From NCBI GenBank assembly GCA_963825055.1, contig CAWGSK010000012.1, positions 288,001 through 352,000 of the forward strand: a stretch of DNA of 64,000 nucleotides. Direction: 5' to 3'. The notes beneath the pieces are model-generated. The model was not told the DNA's origin and did not search any database. It was given only the letters and a program-made list of their open reading frames with translations. Positions 1 to 9,567 of this stretch are shown piece by piece (the first letter of the stretch is position 1; each line of letters begins with the position of its first letter). Source of the stretch: an uncultured Gemmatimonadales bacterium. Lineage in GTDB: Bacteria; Gemmatimonadota; Gemmatimonadetes; Gemmatimonadales; GWC2-71-9. The position numbers were made by a program, and so were the translations under genes.

Positions 1-1564
1 CGCTATAGCAGAGGTCGTCGATGTCGATGACCCCCATGGCGTCGGGCGCGGGCCGCGGAACAGGGGGCGCCGTGGCGCCGAGCAGTGCCTCGAGGGAGGC
101 CTCCCCGACGGGGCGCATGCGCCGGAGCCGGTCGCGGGTGAGAAAGCTCCCGGCGATGCCCCCAGCCTCGACCTCCGGTGCCTCGTACTCCAGCGCTTCA
201 ATCGGAACGACCTCGCGGTCGTCATCGACCTCCCGACTTCCCAGTTCCTCCGCTCGCAGCTCGATCGCCTCGATCGGCACGATCTCCCGCTCGGCCTGGT
301 CGGGGGGGCCTTGCAGGTCAATGGCACCGATCCGTTCCAGCAGCCGCTCGAAGACCGTCTGGTCCGCCGGCGTACCAGCCAGGGCGCTGTCCCGGAGCGC
401 GGTTCCCGCGTCGCGAAGGACGCCCGCCAGGACCGTGACCTCTTCGCCCGTGGTGGTGGTGATGTGCTCGCGCGTCCGCCCGGCGAAGTCCCGCAGTACC
501 TCCGGTACCAGGGTGCCCGCCGCGTGTGCCAGGGCGCCCAGAGTGGTGACCGTGGTATAGAGCCGGAGCTGGCGCACGGTGCTGGTGGGTGCGTGTTCGA
601 GATCCGCGGCGGCGCGGGTGAGGTGCTCGCCCATGCCGACCAGTTCCACCGTCCCGAGCTGGGCCTGCGGACTCTGCTGGGGCGGCACGCCGGCCTGGAC
701 GACCCCTTCATCCCCCGCGGGGAAGAGCGACTCGATGGCCACGACGTCCCGCTCGCCGGCGAAGACCTGCAGCAGGAGTGTCGCAAACCGCTCGGGCTCC
801 TCGGCGTCGGGTGTGGGACGGCCGTAGCGGGCCACATCCTGCGCCCCTCGTGATAGTGCCTGCGCGGCGGCGTCGAACACCTCCGCGCCAGCGGGCGGCG
901 GGGCGTACATGCGGGTCATCTCGCCGACGGCCTGTTCGATGGCCTCGAGCAGCTCGGGGAGGGGGGACAATTCGCTCATCGCCGCGAGGCCGCGCAGCGA
1001 CTGGAGGCGGCGCAGGACGGCGTAGAGCGGATCGCGCGCCCCCGGCGTTGTGCGGAGTGCCCGGGCGGCGCGGTCCAGGGCGGCGGCAGCCAGGGCACCT
1101 TCCCGCGCCACGAAGGCACGCACCCCGGCATCGCTGCTGGAAAGCGTCGCACCGGCGCCACCGGGTGGTGTGGTCCGCGGTCCTGCCGGCGACGGTATGC
1201 CGGCTCGCCCCTCCAGTGCCCGCGCCAGGCGGTCGGCCCGGGCGGTCTCCTCGTCGCCCCATGACCCGGCGCGCCGGACCAGCTGCCGGAGCTCGTCCAC
1301 GGCGTGTTCCAGCGTTCCGCGGAGGTCGTCGTCCCAGTCGCTGCGGCCCTCCCTGTACCCCTTGGCCAGCGCCTCGAGCCCGCTCGCGGCGCGCGCCACA
1401 TGCGGCTGGTTGGCCATCAGCGCGCTGCCACGCAGCGCGCGGCAGAAGCGGACGAGGTCTTCCGGGGGCGGGGCCTCCTCGGAGGTCACCAGCGCGTGGA
1501 GCCGGTCGAGATAGTCGCCGGCCTCCATCGCGAAATATTCTGCCATTCCGATCGGGCTCGTCAT
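1..1564 (-). CDS. Tandem Hpt-like helical-bundle protein lacking the phospho-His (3' end runs off the window)
   Basis: Manual translation of a frame absent from the ORF track: MTSPIGMAEYFAMEAGDYLDRL...RFCRALRGSALMANQ; the frame stays open to position 2 (...VIDIDDLCYS). Confidence 0.7.
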   Translation of the reverse strand, partial: MTSPIGMAEYFAMEAGDYLDRLHALVTSEEAPPPEDLVRFCRALRGSALMANQPHVARAASGLEALAKGYREGRSDWDDDLRGTLEHAVDELRQLVRRAGSWGDEETARADRLARALEGRAGIPSPAGPRTTPPGGAGATLSSSDAGVRAFVAREGALAAAALDRAARALRTTPGARDPLYAVLRRLQSLRGLAAMSELSPLPELLEAIEQAVGEMTRMYAPPPAGAEVFDAAAQALSRGAQDVARYGRPTPDAEEPERFATLLLQVFAGERDVVAIESLFPAGDEGVVQAGVPPQQSPQAQLGTVELVGMGEHLTRAAADLEHAPTSTVRQLRLYTTVTTLGALAHAAGTLVPEVLRDFAGRTREHITTTTGEEVTVLAGVLRDAGTALRDSALAGTPADQTVFERLLERIGAIDLQGPPDQAEREIVPIEAIELRAEELGSREVDDDREVVPIEALEYEAPEVEAGGIAGSFLTRDRLRRMRPVGEASLEALLGATAPPVPRPAPDAMGVIDIDDLCYS

Positions 1565-1613
1565 GCATGCCTCGGCGGTGCCGGGTCGGCGCTGGTGGGA
1601 GAGGGCCGGTGGA

Positions 1614-1642
1614 AGGTTAACGCCACGGTGCGCACGGGTAAA
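1614..1642 (-). promoter_or_regulatory. Putative sigma70 promoter for the Hpt-like gene
   Basis: TTTACC-17 nt-TAACCT on the minus strand. Confidence 0.4.
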
Positions 1643-1648
1643 CGGAGG

Positions 1649-2365
1649 TCAGCGGTTCATCGCCGCGCGGATCGCTCGCACGGCCTGCTCCATGCCGACC
1701 ATGATCGCGTGGCTCACCACGCTGTGCCCGATGTTGAGTTCCTCGACGCCCGGGATGGCGGCGACGGGTGCGACGTTGGCCCGGGTCAGTCCGTGTCCCG
1801 CATGCACGGCAAGGCCGAGTGCGCGCGCCTGGTCGGTGGCGTGGTGGAGCTCGTCCAGCGCGCGGTCGTCCTGGCGCCAGGTGTGGGCATACCGCCCGGT
1901 GTGCAACTCGATTGCGGGGACGCCCAGGGCGGCAGCGGCGTCCACCGTGTCGCGGTCGGGGTCGATGAAGAGGCTGACCCGGCAGCCGGCCTCCCCGAGC
2001 CGCATGATCGTATCCCGCAGCTGGTAGGCCCCGGTGCGGAGGTTGAGCCCGCCCTCGGTGGTGACCTCCTCGCGTCGTTCCGGGACGATGGTCGCCTGGT
2101 AGGGGGCGAGCCGGCACGCGAGGGCGACGATGTCCGGGCTGGTGGCGAGCTCGAGGTTCAGCACGGTGCGCACCGCGGCCGACATCCGCTCGACATCGTG
2201 GTCCTGGATGTGACGGCGGTCTTCCCGCAGGTGCACCGTGATGCCGTCCGCGCCGGCGTGTTCCGCAAGCGTGGCGGCGGCAACGGGATCGGGCTCGTCG
2301 GCGCGCCGGGCCTGACGGACCGTCGCGACGTGATCGACGTTGATGTAGAGGCGTGGTGGCGTCAT
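1649..2365 (-). CDS. pdxJ: Pyridoxine 5'-phosphate synthase
   Basis: INVDHVATVRQAR, ITVHLREDRRHI, HAGHGL, ELNIGHS motifs. Confidence 0.97.
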   Translation of the reverse strand: MTPPRLYINVDHVATVRQARRADEPDPVAAATLAEHAGADGITVHLREDRRHIQDHDVERMSAAVRTVLNLELATSPDIVALACRLAPYQATIVPERREEVTTEGGLNLRTGAYQLRDTIMRLGEAGCRVSLFIDPDRDTVDAAAALGVPAIELHTGRYAHTWRQDDRALDELHHATDQARALGLAVHAGHGLTRANVAPVAAIPGVEELNIGHSVVSHAIMVGMEQAVRAIRAAMNR

Positions 2366-2426
2366 TGCTCGCTGTTCCGGGGGCCGTTAAGTTCGAACAC
2401 CATTTCTTCCGTAAGCGGGGTACCCG

Positions 2427-2867
2427 ATGCGCCGACTGACAAGCTTGTCCCTGATGGCCCTGGCCGTGGCGGCGTGTGGTGGTCGCCAGCCGTCGGGTAC
2501 CGGTCCCGCGAGCGCGGAATCCGCGTTGCACGGGTTCCTCCAGGCCGCGGCGGACAGCAACGTAACCGGGATGGCGGACCTGTGGGGCACCGCACGGGGC
2601 TCCGCCGGACAGACCGGCGCACCGGCGGATTACAACCGGCGAATCGCCATCATGCAGGCCTACCTGAAGAACACGCAGCACCAGGTCCTGACGAATGACC
2701 CGGTGAGCGGCCACGACAACCAGCGGGTGCTGCAGGTGCGGCTGGAGCGCGCCGGCTGTGCGCGCACGGTGCCGTTCACGATGATCTGGACCGGCAGTGC
2801 GTGGCTGGTCTACAGTTTCGACCTGAAGGACATCGGCAACCCCGAGATGCCCTGCGGCTCGTCCTGA
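2427..2867 (+). CDS. Lipoprotein of unknown function (possibly NTF2-like)
   Basis: Signal peptide with lipobox AVAAC; divergent from pdxJ. Confidence 0.7.
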   Translation: MRRLTSLSLMALAVAACGGRQPSGTGPASAESALHGFLQAAADSNVTGMADLWGTARGSAGQTGAPADYNRRIAIMQAYLKNTQHQVLTNDPVSGHDNQRVLQVRLERAGCARTVPFTMIWTGSAWLVYSFDLKDIGNPEMPCGSS

Positions 2868-2876
2868 TCGGGAACC

Positions 2877-3293
2877 TCACGCGGTCGCCGGCGGTTCCTG
2901 GTCCGTGAGTTCGAGCAGGATGCCGGCCGTCGAGCGCGGGTGCAGGAAGGCCACGCGACGGCCACCCGCCCCGGGACGGGGCGCCTGGTCCACAAGCTCA
3001 TACCCGGCCTCGCGGCATGCCCGCAGGGCGGCATCGAGGTCCGGGACGCGATAACAGATGTGGTGAATGCCCGGGCCGCGCTTCGCGAGGAACTTCGCAA
3101 TGGGGGTCCCCGGCTCACTCGACGCGAGCAGCTCGACTTCGCTGTCGCCGAACGGGAGGGAAACGATCGTGGCGCCGTCGGCGGTTTCCGGCGGATGGGG
3201 CGTCAGCCCGAGCACGTCGCGATAGAAAGCGAGGGCGGCGTCCAGGTCGGACACGGCCACGCCGATGTGGGCGATACGGGGTGTGTCGGCCAC
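2877..3293 (-). CDS. mce: Methylmalonyl-CoA epimerase (VOC fold)
   Basis: IAHIGVAV, KFLAKRGPGIHHIC, VAFLHPRSTAGILLEL; GTG start with GAGGGAG RBS. Confidence 0.92.
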   Translation of the reverse strand: MADTPRIAHIGVAVSDLDAALAFYRDVLGLTPHPPETADGATIVSLPFGDSEVELLASSEPGTPIAKFLAKRGPGIHHICYRVPDLDAALRACREAGYELVDQAPRPGAGGRRVAFLHPRSTAGILLELTDQEPPATA

Positions 3294-3400
3294 GACGATC
3301 TCCCTCGAATGGACGGGGCGCCCGAGGGTGGGCGCCACCGGCCGCATGATGACTTGACGCGGGCGCTCCAGGGCCCGCCATACATACGAAAGGGAAGCTA

Positions 3401-3739
3401 ATGGCAACGGCAGATTCCAAGACAATTCAGGCGACCGACCAGTCCTTCGTCTCCGAGGTGGAGAAGGCGGACGGTCTCGTGCTGGTAGACTTCTGGGCCA
3501 CATGGTGCGGGCCCTGCCAGATCGTGGCCCCCACGCTCGAGCAGTTGAGCCGGGAATACGCGGGCAAGGCCAAGGTGGTGAAGGTAGACGTGGACGCCAA
3601 CCAGGGGACGGCCATGAAGTACAACATCCGCTCCATCCCGAGCATCCTGTTCTTCAAGGGTGGCAAGGTGGTGGACACCGTCGTCGGCGCCGTTCCGCGG
3701 GCGGTGATCGAGGGCAAGATCCAGCAGCACCTCGCCTAG
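3401..3739 (+). CDS. trxA: Thioredoxin
   Basis: VDFWATWCGPC, IRSIPS. Confidence 0.97.
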   Translation: MATADSKTIQATDQSFVSEVEKADGLVLVDFWATWCGPCQIVAPTLEQLSREYAGKAKVVKVDVDANQGTAMKYNIRSIPSILFFKGGKVVDTVVGAVPRAVIEGKIQQHLA

Positions 3740-3746
3740 GCACCTC

Positions 3747-3775
3747 GCCGGGGCCGCCCCCGCGGCGGCCCCGGC
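3747..3775 (+). terminator. GC hairpin after trxA (terminator or stabilising stem, no U-tract)
   Basis: Perfect 12-bp stem GCCGGGGCCGCC/GGCGGCCCCGGC with a 5-nt loop. Confidence 0.5.
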
Positions 3776-3786
3776 AGGGAGCATCC

Positions 3787-4791
3787 ATGCGCGCCAGCAG
3801 TGCCCGTCTCCTCCATTCGACCGTCCGCCTGACCGAGCTCGCCTTTCCAGATACGGGCGTCATGGTCTCGCGGACCCGGCTGCCCTTCGTCCATCTCGAC
3901 AATCTCATTTCGTTCGCCAAGGCCGACCGCGACGGCCGCGTGGACGCATGGTTTGCCGGGTACCTCCCGGATGAGGTCGTCCTGCTCTTCTTCCGGGCGG
4001 GTGAACTCGTCAATGCGGGTGCCATCCGTCCGGAAATCCGATGTGTGCTGCCGGTGGATGCCGCACTGGACCGCCTGCGGAGCGAGCCCGAACGCGGCGA
4101 AGGGGTGTACGCGCGTGCGCCGGCAAGGCAGCTGGACTGGATGTGGGCCTCCTGTGCCGCGCCTGCGCAGCTCCGGTTCGTGAACGAGCGGGACCCCGAG
4201 CGGCTCTTTCCGGTTCTGACCGGCGAGAACTTCAGCGGCGTCGTCGAACTGATCAGCGCTGGCCGGGTGAACTACCTGGAGTTCGTCTCCGGCCGGTATG
4301 CCAGCGGGTATTTCAGCGGGCGGGCCGAGGGCCGGCCGGTGGTCGAGCACGTCGAGTCGCTGTTCCGGGTCAGCGAACCGGGCCCGGCTCCCGACATCGC
4401 CGCCAGCACGTTCGCCCCCTCCGGACCGATGCCCACCCAGGCGACTGCGGCCCAGCGGCAGGGATATCAGGCACTGTATCGCCGGTTCGCCGACGCGGTG
4501 AGGCGGGAATGGCCCGAAGACGGGCCGCGTCACGTGGCCCGGGCCGCCGCGCGGGTGCAGGAGGACTTCCCCGCCTTTGCCACCCTCGCCGGCACCACCG
4601 GCGCGCCGGCGGCGACGGTCGATGAACTGAACGAGGGCTTCGCGGTATGGGCCCGGATGGTCCTCGAGGATCTCGAAGTGGTGATGCCCGGCGCGGCCGT
4701 GCGGCTGCTCCGGGAGGAGACCCGCGAACAGCGCTACGTGCTTCAGGCGGCCGGTTTCTATGGACGGCTGCCCTGGTCGGTGGAGTGGTAG
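3787..4791 (+). CDS. Hypothetical protein with two PATAN/DUF4388-like repeats
   Basis: ATG after AGGGAG; repeated pattern LLFFRAGELVNA and FSGVVEL...YLEFVSG. Confidence 0.6.
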   Translation: MRASSARLLHSTVRLTELAFPDTGVMVSRTRLPFVHLDNLISFAKADRDGRVDAWFAGYLPDEVVLLFFRAGELVNAGAIRPEIRCVLPVDAALDRLRSEPERGEGVYARAPARQLDWMWASCAAPAQLRFVNERDPERLFPVLTGENFSGVVELISAGRVNYLEFVSGRYASGYFSGRAEGRPVVEHVESLFRVSEPGPAPDIAASTFAPSGPMPTQATAAQRQGYQALYRRFADAVRREWPEDGPRHVARAAARVQEDFPAFATLAGTTGAPAATVDELNEGFAVWARMVLEDLEVVMPGAAVRLLREETREQRYVLQAAGFYGRLPWSVEW

Positions 4792-5624
4792 CGGAACCCG
4801 GCACGCTCTACGTGGTGGCGACGCCGCTCGGCAACCTCGGGGACATCACGCTCCGTGCCCGTGACACCCTGCGGACGGTGGAGGTTGTGGCCGCCGAGGA
4901 CACGCGCCGCACCAGGCAGCTGCTGCACCATCTCGACGCCCACCCCCGCCTCATGAGCCTCCATGCCCATTCGCCCGCCTCCCGGCTCGAGGCGGTCCTC
5001 GCGCATCTGCGTGAGGGGCGCAGCGTGGCGCTGGTCTCGGACGCGGGCACGCCGGTGGTGAGCGACCCGGGGGCGCGACTCGTTGCCGAGGCCCGCGCGG
5101 CCGCCCTGCCGGTAGTGCCGGTTCCGGGCGTCTCCGCCGTGACGGCCGCGCTCAGCGTGTCAGGAATGGAGGCGGACCGGTACGTCTTTGTCGGCTTCCC
5201 CCCCCGCAAGGGAGTCGAGCGCGACGAAACCCTGGCGCGCGCGGCGCGCGAGCCCACCACAGTCGTCTTCTTCGAAGCCGCCAACCGCCTCCTGCGGCTC
5301 CTCGCCGATCTCGAGGCCCGCACCGGGCCGGACAGGCGGGTGATGGTCGGCCGGGAACTGACTAAACTCCATGAGGAGCTCCGGGCCGGGCCGATTGCGG
5401 AGGTGCGCCTCCACTTCGAGGCGGTGGAACCGCGTGGCGAAATCACCGTCGTGCTGGAGGGCGCGGTCGAGTCGTCCCCTGCGGACGAAGGGCCCGACAT
5501 CGCCGCGGAGGCGCAGCGGCTCCTCCAGGGCGGCATGCGCCGCTCCGCCGTGGTGCGTGAACTCGTCGCCGCCCACGGCCTTCCGCGGAACGAGGTGTAC
5601 CGGATCGTGCAGGAACTGCCATGA
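4785..5624 (+). CDS. rsmI: 16S rRNA C1402 2'-O-methyltransferase
   Basis: GTLYVVATPLGNLGDIT, AEDTRRT, SDAGTP, RELTKLHEE. Confidence 0.96.
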   Translation: MVAEPGTLYVVATPLGNLGDITLRARDTLRTVEVVAAEDTRRTRQLLHHLDAHPRLMSLHAHSPASRLEAVLAHLREGRSVALVSDAGTPVVSDPGARLVAEARAAALPVVPVPGVSAVTAALSVSGMEADRYVFVGFPPRKGVERDETLARAAREPTTVVFFEAANRLLRLLADLEARTGPDRRVMVGRELTKLHEELRAGPIAEVRLHFEAVEPRGEITVVLEGAVESSPADEGPDIAAEAQRLLQGGMRRSAVVRELVAAHGLPRNEVYRIVQELP

Positions 5625-6292
5625 CACGATGTCTGCTGCTCGCGTGCGTTCTCCTCGCGGTGCCGTGCCCGGCGCCTGAGGCGCAGTCCGCTCCCGTCAT
5701 GACGATCGGCCGCCTGCATTACGAAGGCGGCGGCGACTGGTACGCCAATCCCTCGAGCCTGCCGAACCTGCTCCGGGCGATCCGGGAGCGGACCGACCTC
5801 CGGGTCGCGATGACCGAGCGGACGGTGACGCTGTCCAGCGAGGATCTCTGGAGCGTGCCTTACATCTATATGACCGGGCACGGCAACGTCCGCTTCTCCG
5901 ACCAGGACCTGGCGACGCTGCGACGCTACCTGCGGCAGGGTGGGTTTCTCCACGCCGACGACAACTACGGCATGGACCAGTCCATCCGCCGTGAGCTGGG
6001 CCGGCTCTTCCCGGACCATCCACTGGTGGAGGTTCCCCTCGACCATCCGGTCTATCACCTGGTGTACGCGTTCCCCCGCGGCATCCCGAAGATCCACGAG
6101 CATGATGGCGACCCTGCGCAGGGCTTCGGAATCTTCCTCGACGGGCGGCTCGTCGTGTACTACTCGTACGAGTCCGACCTGGGCGACGGCTGGGAGGATC
6201 CCGATGTGCATCATGACCCCCCGGAGAAGCGCGAGGCCGCGCTTCGCATGGGCGTGAATCTGTTCGCGTACGCCGTGGGGTACGGCGGGTGA
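5621..6292 (+). CDS. DUF4159 family secreted protein
   Basis: Signal peptide; GGGDWYANP, YMTGHG, GGFLHADDNYG, SDLGDGWED motifs. Confidence 0.88.
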   Translation: MTRCLLLACVLLAVPCPAPEAQSAPVMTIGRLHYEGGGDWYANPSSLPNLLRAIRERTDLRVAMTERTVTLSSEDLWSVPYIYMTGHGNVRFSDQDLATLRRYLRQGGFLHADDNYGMDQSIRRELGRLFPDHPLVEVPLDHPVYHLVYAFPRGIPKIHEHDGDPAQGFGIFLDGRLVVYYSYESDLGDGWEDPDVHHDPPEKREAALRMGVNLFAYAVGYGG

Positions 6293-9200
6293 GCGGGAGC
6301 TCCACCCGCCAGGAGCTCGAGCGGCTCGTCCGGCCTCTGCGCGGCTGGAGTTCGCTCGGCTGGGCCGCGTTCGCCGCCGGGCTCGTGACGTTCATCCTCG
6401 GGGCAGCGGCGCTGCTCGCGCGGGTGCCCGGACTGTCAGGTCCGGCCTGGGTTTTCGTCGCCTGGGCGGCGGGGTTAGCCGCCCTCGTTCTCGTCGTGGT
6501 CCTGGCGCTCCGCGCCGTGACCTCGCTCGGAGTGGTGTGGGTGGCGCACCGCCTGGAGGAGCACGGCGGATGGCGGGCCGGCGGTCTCCGTGCCTTCCTC
6601 GATTCTCCCGCCCCCGGGACCAGCAGCGCGCTCTACACCGTTGCTGACGCGGCCTCAGGAGCGGAGCTGGCTTTGCGCGGTGATGATGCCCTGGCCCCCG
6701 AGCGGCGCTCGTTCCGCCAGCGCGCCTGGGGAGGCCTGCTGGTCGGGGCCGTCGGGTTGTCGGTCTTCGCCGCGGCCGGGCCGGTGCACGGCCCGGCGGC
6801 GGCCCTCTGGCGGCCCGGCATGGCCTGGGAGGCCATCACCGCTCCCGTCTCGCTTGCCGCGGCCACGGACGTCGTGGCCCGGGAGGACAGCGTCGCGCTG
6901 TTCCTCCGCGCCACCGGGCGCCGTGAGGCCGTGCTGTGGGTCCGGGGGCCGGGTGAGCCCTGGCGCGCCCGCACGGTACCGCTCGACTCCACCGGCCGCG
7001 CCACCGAGATGGTGGGGCCCCTCCGCACTGACCTTTTCGCCCGCCTGAGCGCGGGGCCGCGCTCCTCGGACACGGTCCATGTCCGGGTCCGGATACCCGC
7101 GTTCCTCGGGTCGCTCACTGTCACCGCCCGTTATCCGCGCTATCTGGCCCTGGCCGACGAGCCCATGCCGGTCGATGGTGACACGCTGCTCCTCCCGGCG
7201 GGCACGCGACTCGATGTTCGCGGCGAGGCCACCGCGCCGCTCGCTTCCGCCGCGTGGAGCGGGCCGGGACGCGAGGACATGGAAGTGCGGGGCGGCACGT
7301 TCAACGGGTCGCTGGCCCCGCGCGTGAGCGGCACGTACGCGCTCGAGCTCACCACGAAGGCCGGAGCTCCCCTCGCCGGCGATCCCGTCCTGCTGCCCGT
7401 CCGGCTGATTCCCGATGCCGCGCCACGCGTGGACATCCCCGTTCCCGGCCGCGATACCATCGTACCGCTCAGTCTGCGGATGCCCCTCGTGGTGGAAGCC
7501 GAGGACGACTACGGCCTCTCCGCGGTGGTCCTGGAGAGCCGGCGTATCTCGCGTCTCGGACTGGCGGACGACCCGGTACGCCAGCCGGTGCCACTCCCGG
7601 GCGGGATCCCGGATCGGGCGCTGCTCACGGTCGAACTGGACCTCAACGGCCGCGGCCTCCTCCCCGGCGATACGGTACGGTATTTCGTGCGAGTGGTGGA
7701 CAATGCGCCCGCCGGCCAGGCCGGCCGGTCACGGGAATACATCCTGCGGTTGCCGACGCTCTCGGAAGTACGCGCCGCCGCGCGCGAAGCGACGCGGGAT
7801 GTATCGGCGGGCCTCGATTCCGCATTGGCACGGAGCCGGGAATTGCAGCGCACCACCGAGGACCTGAGCCGGGAGCGGCCCAGGCCCGCGGAAGGCCAGC
7901 AGGGGGGACGCGAGGGCGAGCGCGCGATGAGCTACGACCAGGCCCAGCGCGCGGAGGCCGTCGCCCGGGAACAGCAGCAGCTGCAGCAGCAGGCGGAAGA
8001 CCTCCAGTCCGCACTCGAGGAGCTGCAGAAGAGCGCCCAGGCGGCGGGGCTCAACGACCCCGAGTTCCAGAAGCGGATGGAGGAAATCCGGGAGCAGCTC
8101 GACCGGGCCCTGTCACCGGAACTGAAGCAGCGCCTGGCGGACCTGCAGCAGGCCCTCAAGGAGCTTGACCCCGAGCGCGCGCGGGAGGCCCTGCAACAGC
8201 TCGCAAAAGCGCAGGAAGAGCTGCGAGACGCCATCGAGCGCAGCCGGGAGCTCTTCCGGCGCGCGGCCGTGGAAGGCGACATGGCCAACCTCACCGCGGA
8301 GTCGCGCGAGCTCGCGCGGGAGCAGGAGCAGTGGTCCGACCAGGTCTCGCGGGCCGACAGCGCCCGGGCTGCAGCGGAGGAGCGGGCGCTGGCGGCTCGG
8401 GCGGACTCCCTGGCGGCCGCGCTGGACCGTCTTGCCCCGCAGGTGGCATCCGAGGGACGCTCCGAGGAGCTCGAGCAGATGTCCGACCAGGTCGCGCAGG
8501 CCTCGCAGCAGATGCAGCAGGCCGCGTCGGAGGCGCAGCGCGGGCAGCGGAACGCCGCGAAGCAGTCCGGTCAGCAGGCGGCGCAGATGCTCCAGCCCCT
8601 CGGCGACCAGCTGCAGCAGGCGCGCCAGCAGATGCAGCAGCAGTGGCGCGATGAGGTCACGACGGAGCTCGACCGCGCGCTCTCGGAAACCAGCCGGCTC
8701 GCCGAGCGCGAGCTCGACGTGACGGAGTCCTTTCGCAAGGGGGACGTCTCCGGGGACGCACGCGCGGCACAGGGGGCACTGGAGGAGGGCGTGCAGAAGC
8801 TGCTCGAACAGGTCCGCGCCGCGAGCGGGAAGAACGCGCTGGTTTCGCCCGGGGTGACGGTCGCGCTGACCATGGCGCAGCAGAAAATGCAGCAGGCGCG
8901 CGAAGCCGTTGGAAATGCCACGCCGGACCCGCGTGGCGCGGCCGAGGCGGCGGGGCAGGCGGTGGACGCGCTCAACGCCGCGGCATACCAGCTCGTGCGG
9001 GCCAGGGGCGACGTATCCGGGGCCGGAAGCGGGTCGGGCCTCCAGGAGGCCATGGAAAAGATGCAGCAGATGGCGGGGCAGCAGGGTGGCCTCAACCAGC
9101 AGGCGTCGGGGCTCTTCCCGATGGCCGGCAACGCAGGCGTCCAGGCGCAGCTCCAGGAACTGGGTCGCCAGCAGCGCCGGCTGGCGGAGCAGCTCGAACG

Positions 9201-9567
9201 CATGCGGGCCCAGGGCCAGTTGCCCGGCACCGGTGACCTCGCGGACGAGGCGAAGGACCTTGCGCGGCAATTGGAGCAGGGCCGGATCGATCGGGCAATG
9301 CTTGAGCGCCAGGAACGCCTCTTCCGGCGCATGCTGGACGCCGGGCGGACGTTGCAGGGCGAGCAGCGCGATGAACAGAAGGAGCGACAGAGCACCACGG
9401 GCAAGGACGACAACGTCCGCCTCCCGCCGGCGCTTCGCGCCCTGCTCCAGAATGCCGGCCAGGCCATCCGGGTACCCGACTGGGAAACGATGCAGCGGCT
9501 GTCACCGGAGGAGCGGCGGCTGGTAGTCGAGTACTTCCGCCGTCTCTCGGACGGGAACGCGCCATGA
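6289..9567 (+). CDS. DUF4175-like membrane protein (3 TM, Ig-like region, long Gln-rich coiled coil)
   Basis: N-terminal TMs, EDDYGL and VRVVDN motifs, Q/E/A-rich heptads, C-terminal LVVEYFRRL. Confidence 0.78.
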   Translation: MSGSSTRQELERLVRPLRGWSSLGWAAFAAGLVTFILGAAALLARVPGLSGPAWVFVAWAAGLAALVLVVVLALRAVTSLGVVWVAHRLEEHGGWRAGGLRAFLDSPAPGTSSALYTVADAASGAELALRGDDALAPERRSFRQRAWGGLLVGAVGLSVFAAAGPVHGPAAALWRPGMAWEAITAPVSLAAATDVVAREDSVALFLRATGRREAVLWVRGPGEPWRARTVPLDSTGRATEMVGPLRTDLFARLSAGPRSSDTVHVRVRIPAFLGSLTVTARYPRYLALADEPMPVDGDTLLLPAGTRLDVRGEATAPLASAAWSGPGREDMEVRGGTFNGSLAPRVSGTYALELTTKAGAPLAGDPVLLPVRLIPDAAPRVDIPVPGRDTIVPLSLRMPLVVEAEDDYGLSAVVLESRRISRLGLADDPVRQPVPLPGGIPDRALLTVELDLNGRGLLPGDTVRYFVRVVDNAPAGQAGRSREYILRLPTLSEVRAAAREATRDVSAGLDSALARSRELQRTTEDLSRERPRPAEGQQGGREGERAMSYDQAQRAEAVAREQQQLQQQAEDLQSALEELQKSAQAAGLNDPEFQKRMEEIREQLDRALSPELKQRLADLQQALKELDPERAREALQQLAKAQEELRDAIERSRELFRRAAVEGDMANLTAESRELAREQEQWSDQVSRADSARAAAEERALAARADSLAAALDRLAPQVASEGRSEELEQMSDQVAQASQQMQQAASEAQRGQRNAAKQSGQQAAQMLQPLGDQLQQARQQMQQQWRDEVTTELDRALSETSRLAERELDVTESFRKGDVSGDARAAQGALEEGVQKLLEQVRAASGKNALVSPGVTVALTMAQQKMQQAREAVGNATPDPRGAAEAAGQAVDALNAAAYQLVRARGDVSGAGSGSGLQEAMEKMQQMAGQQGGLNQQASGLFPMAGNAGVQAQLQELGRQQRRLAEQLERMRAQGQLPGTGDLADEAKDLARQLEQGRIDRAMLERQERLFRRMLDAGRTLQGEQRDEQKERQSTTGKDDNVRLPPALRALLQNAGQAIRVPDWETMQRLSPEERRLVVEYFRRLSDGNAP

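Noticed and set aside
7960..9200. CAG-rich DNA repeat
   Set aside because: Explained by Gln-rich coiled-coil coding within the DUF4175-like gene.
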